A stretch of 64,000 nucleotides of DNA, from contig CP068257.2 in the NCBI GenBank assembly GCA_009914755.4, positions 20,448,001-20,512,000 of the forward strand, in the 5' to 3' direction. The stretch's first letter is position 1. Each line of letters begins with the position of its first letter. This DNA comes from the human T2T-CHM13v2.0 reference genome, Homo sapiens. The position numbers were made by a program, and so were the translations under genes. Below the pieces are notes generated by a model. That model was not told the origin of the DNA. It was given only the letters and a program-made list of their open reading frames with translations, and made no database searches. Below are positions 26,100-39,690 of this stretch, piece by piece.

Positions 26100-26760
26100 G
26101 CCTAATGTTCTTCAAGTTCATCCACCTTGTGACAAATAGTAGTATTTATTTCTTTTTAACACTAATAATATTCCAGTGTGTGTGTGTATGTGTATGTGTC
26201 TCACATTTTCTTTATCCATTTATTCCTTGATGGGCACTTAGATTGATTTCATACCTTGGCTATTATGAATAACGCTACAATAAACATGTGAGTGCAGGTA
26301 ACTCTTTGAGGTCCTGACTTCAGTTCTTTTAATATATATCCACAAGTGGTATTGCTGGAATTTACATTCATCCTATTCTTATTATATGAAGGACCTCCAT
26401 ATTGTTTTCCATAATGACTATACTAATTTACATCCTCACCAACAGTATGCAAAGATTCCCTTTAGTCCATATTCTTTCCAATACTTGTTACCTTTTGTCT
26501 TTTTGAGAGTAGCCGTTTTAACAGGTGTGAGATTATATCTCGTTGTGGTTTTGATTTGCATTCCTTTGATGCTTAGTGATAGTGAACATTCTTTAGTATT
26601 CCTGTTGTCCATTTGTATGTTTTCTTTTGAGAAATGTCTATGTACACCTTTTTCTAATTTTTAATCAGGGTATTTTTTTTTTGCTATTGAGTTTCTTATA
26701 TATTTTGGAAACTAAACTATCAGATGTTCAAATCAAGTTACATTCCTCTGTTTATGAAGC
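26100..26760 (-). mobile_element. L1 3' end fragment (ORF2 C-terminus plus 3'UTR), minus strand
   Basis: Plus strand reads ...ttatgaataacgctacaataaacatgtgagtgcaggtaactctttg...ccacaagtggtattgctggaat...catcctcaccaacagtatgcaaag...ccatttgtatgttttcttttgagaaatgtctatg..., the reverse complement of the L1 ORF2 C-terminal and 3'UTR region. Confidence 0.7.
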
Positions 26761-29080
26761 TATTGATTTTTACAGACAGCCTGTTCTAGTTAAAGTACCA
26801 TGCTATAGATCTGGGTAGAAAATAGCAGTTCACCCAGGTAATAACATGTCAGACTGCTCCTGCTCTTACTCAATGTTGAGTCATTTTAAATAAGTAATAC
26901 TTCCCAATTTGTTGAATACCTTTGGTTGATTTTAATAGCCCTGAAAAGATTCCTAAAATGATAACATTTTACAATAAGTTTTTATTGGACCTAGATTATA
27001 AATAGTGATGAATATTTATCTTGGAATTTTTAAGGAATATGTGCAATATTCCCTAATAAATAAATGAAATTTATTACCCATGTAAAACAAAGTATGTTAA
27101 TACCATAACCACAAAAGTTATACATGGATAGTTCTATTGTCAATAGTGCCAACATTTACAATGCAGTCTTAACGTAGTAAGATTTGCTGTTTATTCTAGC
27201 AATGGTGATTGTATTCTCTCACTAAAGTATTTAAGCAAAGGGGGCATTAATCCCTGGTGTCTACCCTTGATGTGTCACTTCTCAGAGGAAAAACGTTTTA
27301 CCTGTAGTACAGAGATATGGATGGCTAACTTGAAGAGTTAAGAAACAAAAGTGGAAATCTTTCCTCTAACCAAGCCCAAGGTTATTTGACAGTGGCACAT
27401 GTTAGAGAAAGAAAGGAACTCACTAAAAAAATGCCAATCTATTTTCAAAAACATAAAGTGTGAGTTATTTTAGTGAAGCTTATTGTGCAAAAATGCTTAG
27501 TAACATGAATACTTAGTAGTACATTCTTTCAAATGTATTGTGCTATTAAATGTAACAGATTAGAATCATAATTTCTACATAACATTAAAAAGCAGCTGTT
27601 GTATTTATTTTCCGACACCAAATTCTTCTCATAAATATACAACATTTATTTAAAATCTGGTATACTTACTCAGAAACTGTTCATTGCACCATTAATTTTC
27701 AAACTATAACCTGAAGGTTATCAGATTTTTCATCATTACTATTGTGAATGTTATGTTTAGAAAAGTCGCATGTCAAAAATATTTTATAAATGTAGATGGT
27801 GCCCAAAGATTTTAAGAAATATATTGTGACCAAAACTTTAGCATCTCTGTCATTACCTACCATCAATTTCAAGTAACAATTGAACTAATATATAAAATTA
27901 AAAGAAACATGTTACTGAGATATGACTACAACAAAAGATTTCATTTTAGAAGGGAAGACAAGTGTAAGTAACTGCTGGACAGCAGACTGTGTTCTCTCCT
28001 ACAGAAATTATCTTTAACAGGTGGGAATTGCTCAGTGATCAAGCACAGCTCATCAAAATGTTAATAACATGACAAGAGGTAAATGTATTCATGAGAATAT
28101 TAAAAATGTGAAACAATAGCATTTTTACATGCAGCTCAATGTTTACATCCAAATAAGCCTAATCATATGTTAAATATTGTAAAATATATTTAAGTAATAG
28201 ATATATGAACATTAAAAAGTGAGATAATGTCAGAAATTGGCAAATAACCTGATCATATAGAGATAATAAACCAGGGTAAGTCTGAGAGATATTTAGAAAG
28301 CAGTCCATAGTCCAATCTGATTTCTACTTTTTGGAGGCTCAGTTTGTCAACTTTCTGGGTATTGACAGAAAAGGGGGAGAGTAGAATTCAGGAGGGCAGA
28401 CAGAAGACCACTGGACTAGACAACAGGCAATCTTGCTTAAATTTAGGATTGCAGGTGGAGAAAAATGGTTGGATCGAAAATATGACTTTGAATATAGAAC
28501 TTTCTGATAGGTTAAATACTGGGATTTATACCACAGTATTAGAAAAAGAAAGGTGTCATGATAGAATCATAGGTTTTTGGTTTTAGCCACAGGGTCAACT
28601 GATGGTATCAGTTGCTGAAACAGAAAATACCAAAGAACAAGACAGATTGGGGAGAAAAGATTCTAAGCCAACTGTTAGTGGCATGTTAACTTTGAGATGC
28701 TTCTTGACATCTAAACTGAAATTTTGAAGGTTTTTAAAGATAGTTAGGCTGAATTTACAGAAGAGGTATGTGCACCATCAGCTTTATATTTAAAGACATG
28801 GAGATATGGGGTCATATTGAGAGTGAATGTGTTTAGAGAAAAGCAAAGGACTGAGTCTTCTGTCACATATTTAACCACTCACCAATTGGTTAAAAAATGA
28901 GAAGTCACCAAAGGAGAGTGGGGAAGACATTAAAAGGATACATCATTGACCTTACCTCAAGGAACGTACATTTATAAAGACAGATATGTGCTTTCATTAC
29001 TATAATGGGGGAAGCTTTGATAAGTGTATCAGTTGCTGTATGTATAAATAAAGTCCTACTACATTTCAGATAAGAAACAT

Positions 29081-29405
29081 GGCCAGGCAAGATGGCTTAT
29101 GTCTTTAATCTCAGCTGTTTGGGAAGCCAAGTGGAAAGATTGCTTGAGGCCAGGAGTTCAAGACCAACCTGGATAATGTAAGAAGACCTCGTCTCTATAA
29201 AAAATTAAAAATTGGCTGAGCATGGTGGCACATGCCTGTAGTTCTAACCACTCTTGAGGCTGATGTGAGAGGATTATTGGAGCCCAGGAGTTTGAGACTG
29301 CAGTGAGCTAGGATTACACTATTACACTCCAGCCTGGTCAACAAAGGAAGACCTTGTCTTTGAAACAACAACCAAAAGAAAACAAAAAGAAAAAAGAAAA
29401 GAAAG
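29081..29405 (+). mobile_element. AluJ-like (old, diverged) Alu with A-rich tail
   Basis: ggccaggcaagatggcttatgtctttaatctcagctgtttgggaagccaagtggaaagattgcttgaggccaggagttcaagaccaacctgg...cattgcactccagcctggtcaacaaagg... Divergence from consensus is high. Confidence 0.8.
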
Positions 29406-30343
29406 ATAACTTTTAGGCAGGGATAATTTAGAGTTTTCTTGAAATTTCTGCTCTGCTTCTTCTCTTCTTTCAAATAATCTGTTCTTTCAAGAGTTTCAAA
29501 TGAATGAACAATGTGTCAATGAATGCACCACTGTCCCTCATAATCTCCTTTCTCCATTCAATGCTGGATGGTGCAGTGTAGTTACTTCTTACACATGGTC
29601 AAATCAGTCATTGACTAGACAGTGTCCTGTGGTTTTGCATGGAAATAAATTGAGATTTATCCCAGTTAACTGAATCAATAAGTAAAACAGAATGATGAAG
29701 AAAAGTAGAGTACAGTCGATTTATGTTAATTTCAGATGCTGGTGTTATATTGTATGGTCTCTTCCTGTTGTTTTCAGTAATACCCTGATTCCTACCCTTT
29801 CTCTGTCTGGCTTTTCATTTATTTCTGTAATTCTGTGACATCTGTCTGCCTCTCTATGTCTTCTTTTTTTCTTTGGAGAATTTGATGTTCTATGCCCCTT
29901 ATATCAAAATGAATCCAGTCATGAACAGGGATCAAAGCAAGTCTTATTAAAGAGAAAACAATTGAGCTGGGACACAAAGATTGAATAAAATTTTAGCTTG
30001 CAAATATCATGCTGTGTAAATGAGTTCATCCTATCTCATGATGACAATTTGAATTTACACAGTTTTTTAAACTCTGGCAGAAGATTAGATAATCATTTAA
30101 GTCAGATGGTCATATTCTAGTTTAGAATAAACCCTCTCTTTTCAGTCGGGTAAGTTAGACTTAAAATGTCAGAATGTATTTTGTTCCTAATCAAGTGTTT
30201 CAATCATTACCCCTCATCACGTCTACCACTATGTAAATCAACTCATCTCTTTACTTGCATAAGTTCTTTATATGCAAATTATTATTTCATTCATTAAAAA
30301 GTTACTTTCACTTATTCTCTGTGTACAATAGTTTGCACTGTAA

Positions 30344-30881
<538 letters not shown>

Positions 30882-32149
30882 ATCTCTCACCCTTTTTAAT
30901 TATCGTAGCCATCTACTATTGTCTTGTATGACCCTGTCAAGATGTATACATAGAGATGTATAAGCTTTTTCTTTACATGATCCTGGAAATCATCTTCGGT
31001 GATGTTAACATCTATATCGAGGATTCTTCTGAGTCTTTGATTATAAGATTCTTCAAACTTTTTAAGAGGACAGAATTTTATCTCCCTTCTAGATCATCAT
31101 TATCTTAACTATTACATGGCAAATTGTGTCTCTTTCCTCTTTTTTCTACAATATTAATGCTATCTGTCATCTCCCTTATTCCAACTCCCTCCTATACACT
31201 AAACTTGCTTTTGTTTCAAAATGATTCACTAATCAATCATATTCTCTGACTTTGCCAGTTATTTTAGGCAACTTATTCATTGTGTTTTTTCCTAAGTTGC
31301 ATAGACATTAAAATATAAATGCTAAGTAAAAGAGTATGAAAAAAAACTCTATGGAGAAAAATTGTCCTAATACAACCAAACCTATGCTTTTTCAATGCAG
31401 ACAGCCCAGTCCCAAAAAAGCACCTGAAGCTTGTTTTAGTTTTCATTCTTCTTATGGTAAGAATACCTCAAAGACAATGAAAAAGATCCTCAAAGCAATG
31501 AATCCAAGGAAAGAATTTCATAAAGTTGCAAGATATTGTATCCTCTGTATGTAACACATCAAAAGTACAAGGTTTTTCTAGGGATAAACTGGAGCTGTCT
31601 TCAGAGGCCTCTTTATCAGGGATGCCTGAATATCTCACATGTACAAAGTAGAATACCAAAGGGACACTTGGTTTTGTGCCTGTAGCAGGTATTTTTTATC
31701 TAGCTATACTTTATTCCAAACTCCATATATTCACTCATCTCTCTATCTAGACTTCTGTTGACCAATGGAACTTCTTGTGAGGAAAGATACATTTTACATC
31801 TTCGTTGTGCTATGTTATCCACCAGGCCAATATGGCTATTAAAAGAGGCTAGTGGACTGAACAATTGGATTTTTAGATTCATTTAATTTAAACTCAAATA
31901 GCCACATGTAGCTAGCAGTTGCAGTACACAGAAAAGCTCTAGAGGTATTCACTTGAAATTTTTTGACATAAACTGAGAACTTTAAAAACACGGTCAGTGC
32001 TACCAAATGTTATTTTCTCTGCCAAGCATCTTACAACTTCACCTATATATGTGGCCTTTTGTATTTTCTAACAAGTTCAGAACTTGTCTATCAGAAATAA
32101 GCCAAAATAATCGACAATAAAAAAAATCAACTTTACCTTGACTCAGCTT

Positions 32150-32870
32150 TTAGTAGTAATCTTTCTTTTTTTTAACTTTTAAGTTCCAGTGTACAAGTGC
32201 AGGTTTGTTACACAGGTAAACTTGAGTCATGGGGATTTGTTGCACAGATTACTTCATCACTCGTGTAATAATCCTAGTATTCATTAGTTATTTTTCCTAA
32301 TCCTCTCCCTCTTCCCACCCTTCACCTTCTTAAAGTCTCCAGCACATGTTGCTCTCCTTTGTGTGTTCATGTGTTCTCATCATTTAGCCCCGACTTATAA
32401 GCAGGAAAATGTGGTATTTGGTTTTCTGTTCCTGTGTTAGTTTGCTAAGGGTAATGACTTCCAGCTCCATCCATGTCTCTGCAAAAGACATAATATTGGC
32501 CGGGCATGGTGGCTCACGCCTGTAATCCCAGCACTTTGGGAGGCCGAGGTGGGCAGATCACCTGAGGTCGGGAATTAGACACCAGCCTGGCCAATGTGGA
32601 GAAACCCCATCTCTACTGAAAATACAAAAATTAGCCGGGTGTGGTAGCACATGCCTGTGGTCCCAGCTGCTCAGGAGGCTTGAGGCAGGAGACTCACTTG
32701 AACCCGGGAGGCAGAGGTTGCAGTGAGCCAATATCACGCTGCTGTACTCCAGCCTGGGCGACACAGCGAGACTCCATATCAAAAAAAAAAAAAAACAAAG
32801 ACATAATATCATTCTTTTTATGGCTGCATAGTATTGCATGGTGTATATATTCTTATTTTCTGGTGCAACC
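32150..32870 (-). mobile_element. L1 ORF2 C-terminal/3'UTR fragment (minus strand), split by an Alu insertion at 32498-32796
   Basis: 32150-32497 and 32797-32870 are colinear with the reverse complement of the L1 3' region (...ccatccatgtctctgcaaaagacat|Alu|...cattctttttatggctgcatagtattgcatggtgtatat...). Confidence 0.7.
32498..32796 (+). mobile_element. Alu (AluS/Y-like) with A15 tail and a 13-14 bp target-site duplication (aaagacataatat), nested in the L1 fragment
   Basis: ggccgggcatggtggctcacgcctgtaatcccagcactttgggaggccgaggtgggcagatcacctgaggtcggga.... TSD copies at 32484-32497 and 32797-32810. Confidence 0.92.
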
Positions 32871-33439
32871 TTTAAAAAAATTGACTTCTGACCAAATCTT
32901 TATCACACTGCAATATGGATTTTACACTAGTGTATTTCTTATGTCTAAAATATCTTAGAATGTATTTGTATAATATATTGGCAATCTAGATGAATGAGAT
33001 ATTGTTTATGCCTCTGAAAAGGAAAGTGGTGATCTAAAGAGACAAGACAAATTTCCTTGGGACTCCATATGTTTGATTTTGAGTACCTGATATTATTACT
33101 ACTCTGTGAAATCTAAGTCTGTCTTAAATTCTGTGTCAGCTTCTGAGCATTGAACTTTTATTCTTTTTTTTACATATCTTAAAGTTACTTTGAAAGATGT
33201 TAGATATAAAATACTTACAGTTATGACTTCATTTTGTATTATTAATACTGATTATACATAATAAAAAGGGTGGTATAGAACTTAATATTTTACTTCAAAT
33301 TCATAATATCATGAAATCTTGAATACATGTGAGATAAATGATTTGTTATTTAGTTCTTAATGTATGTTTATGTGATTACAATAGGCATCCCAACCCATCA
33401 ATGATAGGCTTAGTAAAGAAAATGTGATATATATACACC

Positions 33440-33795
33440 ATGGAATACTATGCAGCCATAAAAAGGAATGAGATCATGTTCTTTGCAGGGATATGGATGA
33501 AGCTGGAAGACATCATCCTCAGCAAGCTAACACAGAAACAGAAAACCAAACACCACGTGTTCTCACTCATAAGTGGGAGTTGAACATTGAGAACACATGG
33601 ACATAGAGGGGAACAACACACCAGGGCCTGTGGGGGTTGGGTGGTGAGGGGAGGGGAACTTATGGGATGGGTCAATAGATGCAGCAAACCACCATGGCGT
33701 GCATATACCTGTGTAACAAACCTGCACGTTCTGCGCATGTATCCTGGTTTTTAATTTTAGAAGAAATCAAGAAAAAAAATAAAAACTAAAATTAA
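33440..33795 (+). mobile_element. L1PA-type 3' terminal fragment (last ~50 codons of ORF2 plus 3'UTR and A-rich tail)
   Basis: ccatggaatactatgcagccataaaaaggaatgagatcatgttctttgcagggatatggatgaagctggaagacatcatcctcagcaagctaacacagaaacagaaaaccaaacaccacgtgttctcactcataagtgggagttgaacattgagaacacatggacatagaggggaacaacacac...gtgtaacaaacctgcacgttctgcgcatgtatcc is the canonical L1PA 3' end. Confidence 0.85.
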
Positions 33796-33894
33796 AAAAA
33801 GAAAAATCCCAAAATTTAAAATGAACCTTGAATAGATAAAGCAAAGCATTCCAAGCCAAGAAAACTGCATAAGGACATGAGGATAGGAGAAGTG

Positions 33895-33955
33895 TGTATA
33901 CATATATATATACACTCACACACACACAAACACACACATATATAGTGGAAGTTTA
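33895..33955. repeat. (TA)n/(CA)n compound microsatellite
   Basis: gtatacatatatatatacactcacacacacacaaacacacacatatatag. Confidence 0.6.
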
Positions 33956-34938
33956 TGCATATGAGCAGAATGAAAATTTAGACTTGAAAGATACCTTTGC
34001 AAATTTAAGACCCAATTAGTACTTTTTAAATTTCCTAAGCTTAATATGAAAATTAATAATTATGTTTTTCTATATGGGATAAGAGGCAGATTTTAAATGA
34101 GAAGGACTGGGTCTGAGTCTTGGGTATGTTTTGATTAGTTGTATCATTTCCATTTCCTCATTAGCAAAATATAAACTATAATAATGTCTGGCAAACCCAT
34201 GTTGCATTATTGCTGCCAGGATCATATTGCTGTGGGGTTGAGGTACAACGTACATCTCCTCCTCTTTGGTGATTTCACTGATAATGTGGATTTAAACATC
34301 TTTAACAAACTGGGAAAGGTAGTAAAGCTTTATATAGATGGTACTTCTCCCCGTACCTCCTAAAATGTTTTCTTGATACTTTTTGGAGAGAGAAATTGGG
34401 CCTGATGCTGAAGGAGAACTCTTCTGTCCACTGCAAGTCCACTTACATGAGCAGCTAAATAAATGAATGGGATTCTGAAGGACTGTATGTGGAGAGCAAG
34501 GTTAACCATTTGTGCTTGCTGCATGAGGTGAGAAAATGCGAAAAGAGAATGAGGAAATTTCAGCTGGGTCCCTCCCTTTAATTTAGGGTTTCTTCCCACT
34601 CTCCAGTGAATAAGCAACGATGAGTGTTAGGCTGTTTATTCAGATACCCTCACGCCACTGCAGAAGCGAGTAGAGGAAGAATACAAGGAAAAAAGTGTCT
34701 CCCAGCCTGTGGAAAGAGGATGGCTATTTCATCCACTAAAGGTATTAAGCAGAAATGTGAGTGAAAGATTCTGTCATTCCCAAAAATGACTAAAATAATA
34801 TAAAATTCTAGAAATTTAAAATTACTGAGATCTTAATTTATTATCTCATAATACATAAGCAAAAATAATATAATCATAGAACTTATAGCAAGAAGAAATA
34901 TATATCATATCATAGAAAGAAGAAATTGTACTTACCTC

Positions 34939-35253
<315 letters not shown>

Positions 35254-36741
35254 TAAAAGAAGGGCTAGAAAATATCTTGAAAAATAGGCAAAGTTATATT
35301 GCAGGGACATACATGTGAAAATCCGAATGGAAAGCACTGTCTTGTCAGCATACCAGTTCAAGTATTCACTTTTCCCCAACATATATGGATGACATTTGCT
35401 AAGTCAACCAGTGCTCTGAGTTTTAATTTTTTGTTAGTAAAATGAGAGTATTTTACATTACTATATCTGAGTATCAATCTCTCTCTCTTTGCTTCCATTG
35501 GAAATCCCTAAGTTTGCAGCTGTTTCAACAGCTGAAAATGTCTCCAAGTACCCTGAATAATGACAAATATTTGATTAAGCGGTAGAGATCACACTGCATA
35601 TTTATCTTTCTTCTATTTCCGCAATAAGAACATGTTTGTTAATGACTATGGGCAGTCTTGAAGAGAAAAGAAGTTAATAGAAGGAAAACTGCAGAAACAT
35701 GCCAGAGAGAAAAAATGTAGACAAAATTGATACCACTGGTGACAGTGGGAAAGGGAGTATGGCCTAAAACTTTCTTTATATCACCAGTTGACAGCACTGC
35801 TTTATGCAACCCACTAAGACTTTAGAAATGACTAAATTAATATCTAGTTAGAGTTAATTTTGATAAATTCTAGGTATTACCTATTTTATGTAGCATAAGA
35901 AGAGTTTATATAGCAGGTTCTCAAATATCTCCAAGTAATTGGGTTTTCTCCCACATCCCAAAGGTGTACACTTTAAGTGAATTGGTATGTCTACATCATC
36001 CCAGGAGGAGTGAATGTCTGTGTGTGTGTACCTGAGATAAGATGATGTCTTGTCCAATGCTGGTTTCCACCTTGTGCCCTGAGCTGTTGGGAGAGGCTCC
36101 TGCGACCTGTGACCCTGAAGCAGAATAAGTGGACTGAATAAAGGAATGATGCGTATAAATGATTGTAAAATAAAAATTTGTAAAGTAGATTATAATTACA
36201 CAAGTGCACTTTAATAAACAAGGTGGAATCAAAGCACACAGTGAACGCACCATGTTTGTGATTATTTTTGAATTGAGTGCTGGATGGAGATGCTCCTGAT
36301 AATTTTCATTTTCCAAACATTTATTCTTGGTTTTAACCCACCACCACTAAAACCACAGTCACTGACTGATTCACTGAACACTGGGTAAATAATTATCATA
36401 CTTGTTTGTATTAATCTTTCTTATATATATATATAGCTCACATTTATTTTACACTTTATATTAGGAGGGCTGGAGGTATTTATTTAGAAGTTTGGAGATG
36501 TTTTTGTGACAACAAACATGCTGTAGGATCTTAACTCTTGTTTATATCTATTAACCTATGGTACAATTGGTTTTCTTACACATCGTTTTGCTTAAATTTG
36601 TGGTTTCCAAAAACTATGGACGATGTTATGCGAGGACTTAATGCATTTCAACACTGCCTGGGTATAGATGTTGAAGTTGAGTGAGTGGGGATTATAGAAA
36701 ACTAATACAAAAACTATAAATTCAGTGTTCAACATAAATTT

Positions 36742-37434
36742 GGCTGGGTGAGGTGGCTCATGCCTGTAATCCCAGTACGTGGGAGGCCGAGGCAAGAGAA
36801 TCGCTTTGAGCTCAGGAGTTCAAAAACAGCCTGGCCAAAGTGCCAAAACTCTGTTTATTAATTCATTTTCACACTGCTATAAAGCACTGCCTGAGACTGG
36901 GTTATTTATAAAGGAAAGAGGTTTAATTGACTCACAGTTCAGCATGGGTCAGGAGGCTCAGGAAACTTACAATCATGGCAGAAGGCTAAGGGGAAACAAG
37001 GCACCTTCTTTATAAGGCAGCAGGAAGGAGACTAGCCGAGCAAAGGGAGAAGAGCCCCTTATAAAACCATCAGAGTTCATGAGAACTCACTTATTATCAC
37101 AAGGCCAGCATAAGGACAGCATACAGGAAACTGTCCCCATGATTCAGTTACCTTCACCTGGTCTCTCCCTTGACATGTGGGGATTATGGGGATTACAATT
37201 CAAGATGAGATTTGCGTGGGGACGTAAAGTCTTATCATATCACCCTGTCTCTACAAAAATTCAAAAAGTAGCCAGATGTGGTGACAAGAGCCTGTGGTCC
37301 CAACTACTAGAGAGGCTGAGGCTAGAGAATCACTTGAGCCCAGGAAGTGGAGGTTACAGTAACCTTAGGTCACACCACTGCACTCCAGCCTTGGTGACAG
37401 AGTGAGACCCTGTCTCAAAACAAACAAACAAAAC
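36742..37434 (+). mobile_element. AluJ-like Alu split into two parts (36742-36854 and 37243-37434) by a later LTR insertion
   Basis: Left part tggctgggtgaggtggctcatgcctgtaatcccagtacgtgggaggccgaggcaagagaatcgctttgagctcaggagttcaaaaacagcctggccaaagtg. Right part resumes at ccctgtctctacaaaaattcaaaaagtagccagatgtggtg...cactgcactccagccttggtgacagagtgagaccctgtctcaaaacaaacaaacaaaa. Confidence 0.8.
36855..37242 (-). mobile_element. MaLR (THE1/MST-family) solo LTR, ~390 bp, inserted inside the AluJ
   Basis: Plus strand is the reverse complement of the THE1-type LTR consensus. It starts tgtttattaattcattttcacactgctataaagcactgcctgagactgggttatttataaaggaaagaggtttaattgactcacagttc...ggaaacttacaatcatggcagaagg.... 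It ends ...gacatgtggggattatggggattacaattcaagatgagatttgcgtggggacgtaaagtcttatcatatca, the reverse complement of TGATATGGTTTGGCTGTGTCCCCACCCAAATCTCATCTTGAATTGTAATCC. Confidence 0.7.
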
Positions 37435-39396
37435 CCACACACACATGAAATCACCAGAAAAATTGGATGTTATGTAACTTTTAATTCACTTGCTAATTTT
37501 TTCTATAATGTATTTGTTATAAGTGATACAAAATCATCAAAAACATGTTTGCCAGATTTGACTTCCTGGTCATTTTATTGTAAATATTCAGAAACGATTT
37601 CCCTGTTTACTAAATCTCATGCAATCATTCAACTTCTTAAAATAACAAATCTTGAACACATGCAATATTGTAAACATTTGGTATGTTACTAAGGACTTAT
37701 CAAATCTTAAGGCATACAGAGAACAGATTTCATTAGTGGCAGAGAAAGAAATACAAAAAAATTAAGCAAAACTTGACAATGTAGGAAACCCAGATAATAT
37801 CCTTTATCATCACTAGTCCAAAAACATCTGAATCTGAAGATTCCATTGAAAATCTTTTATTAATTAGATGTGGAAAATCAGTTAAATGTGTAAAAAATAA
37901 AGAATTTTCAATAAGACCAGTTTATGTTGCTAAACCTATTCTTGTAGGTGAGTTTAGTTCTCCTCGGAGAAATGAGCTGAGGGCCCAAAATTGTAACTCA
38001 GTGAATTACAAAATTGTTATTGTTTCCCAAAGTATTATAGTTTCACATTTTCACGTTAAAATTTCTTCTTTTTGAAGATATTTGTTCCCTGTTACCTCTT
38101 AAATGTTCTATTTATATCACTCTCTTTTTAAAATTAATCACAGTTCAAAATCCTGCACCTGGTTAGATTTATTCAATTAACAAAATACCTTATTTTAAAG
38201 TGAGCAAATTAGCTCAGAGTCTCTTTTCCAATCTTTTCACTGATTGATTTGTTAAATCTAATTACAGAGTTGTGCCTTTATTTGGCATGACCATATAAAA
38301 GCTTATCCTGGACCCCTTAACAAACATATTCAATATATAATGACCATAAAATATCACCCATTTCCTGTGACCTTACCTTTTGCATGGCAGATCAGGAGGC
38401 AGACATAAATAATATGAGACTAGAGTCCTCATTAAGTAAAGGTACAGTTCTGTTTATTCAGTTTTCATATGGGTTTATACAAAGTCATGTGAAAATGAGA
38501 ACCGCCAAATCTTACTTTCATTGGTTTTGCATACAGCATTTCTGTTCATAAATAGAAGGAGCTCCTGATTTTAAAAATACTCCATGTAATTAGCAGGCAT
38601 TTAATCACACTCATACATAAAGTATGAGTAAGGAATTGAATAAACACCAAAGTTAGGTGTAGTGGGTTGAGATCCCACTTGTCAGCTATAACAGAGAAAG
38701 CCTATGATATTTCATAAGTTTGCATGTACTGTCTGGTGTTTTTGGGGCCAGGAATCCTTGGTCATTACAGGGGTCTGCTGCTTGAAGAATTACCTGATAG
38801 ACTGGTGAGCAAAACAGACATATAATATTATAAACCATAGCTACATTAGCAGCTTCTAAGATTTCCTTTAAAGGTAAATGGGTTTTGCATCTCCGATATA
38901 AACTCCCTAGAGAACTACCATATTTAAATTTTTATATTTTATAAAATGCTATGTCAAATTTCAATTTAACAAGATTTTTAATACACCTCACGGAATATTT
39001 TACTCTAGTGACGCCAATAAATAGCAATACGACCCTTTGAATGAAGAAGACTGTTTTTCCACTTAAGCTTTCTACTTGTATCTACTTTTTTCATTTTATA
39101 TTATTTGATCATAAAATTATTTAATAACCCTCAATAGCCTTCAAGGGAAAGTGGAAACTTCTAAATTAGTGCTTATGGTGAATAGTGATGTGACATTTCC
39201 CCAATTCTAGTTTAAATTCTACTATTCACTCTCTTTCTTTGGAATAAGTGTACCACTTACTCCAAATAAATCAATCAAGTTATGCTTACTTGAATGTAAA
39301 TGGTCATTTACATTTACCCGTAGCTTAACTTCTATCATAAGTAGCTACTCAGGACATGCCTGGCATATAAAATGTACCAAATTAAAATCAGTTTTT

Positions 39397-39690
<294 letters not shown>

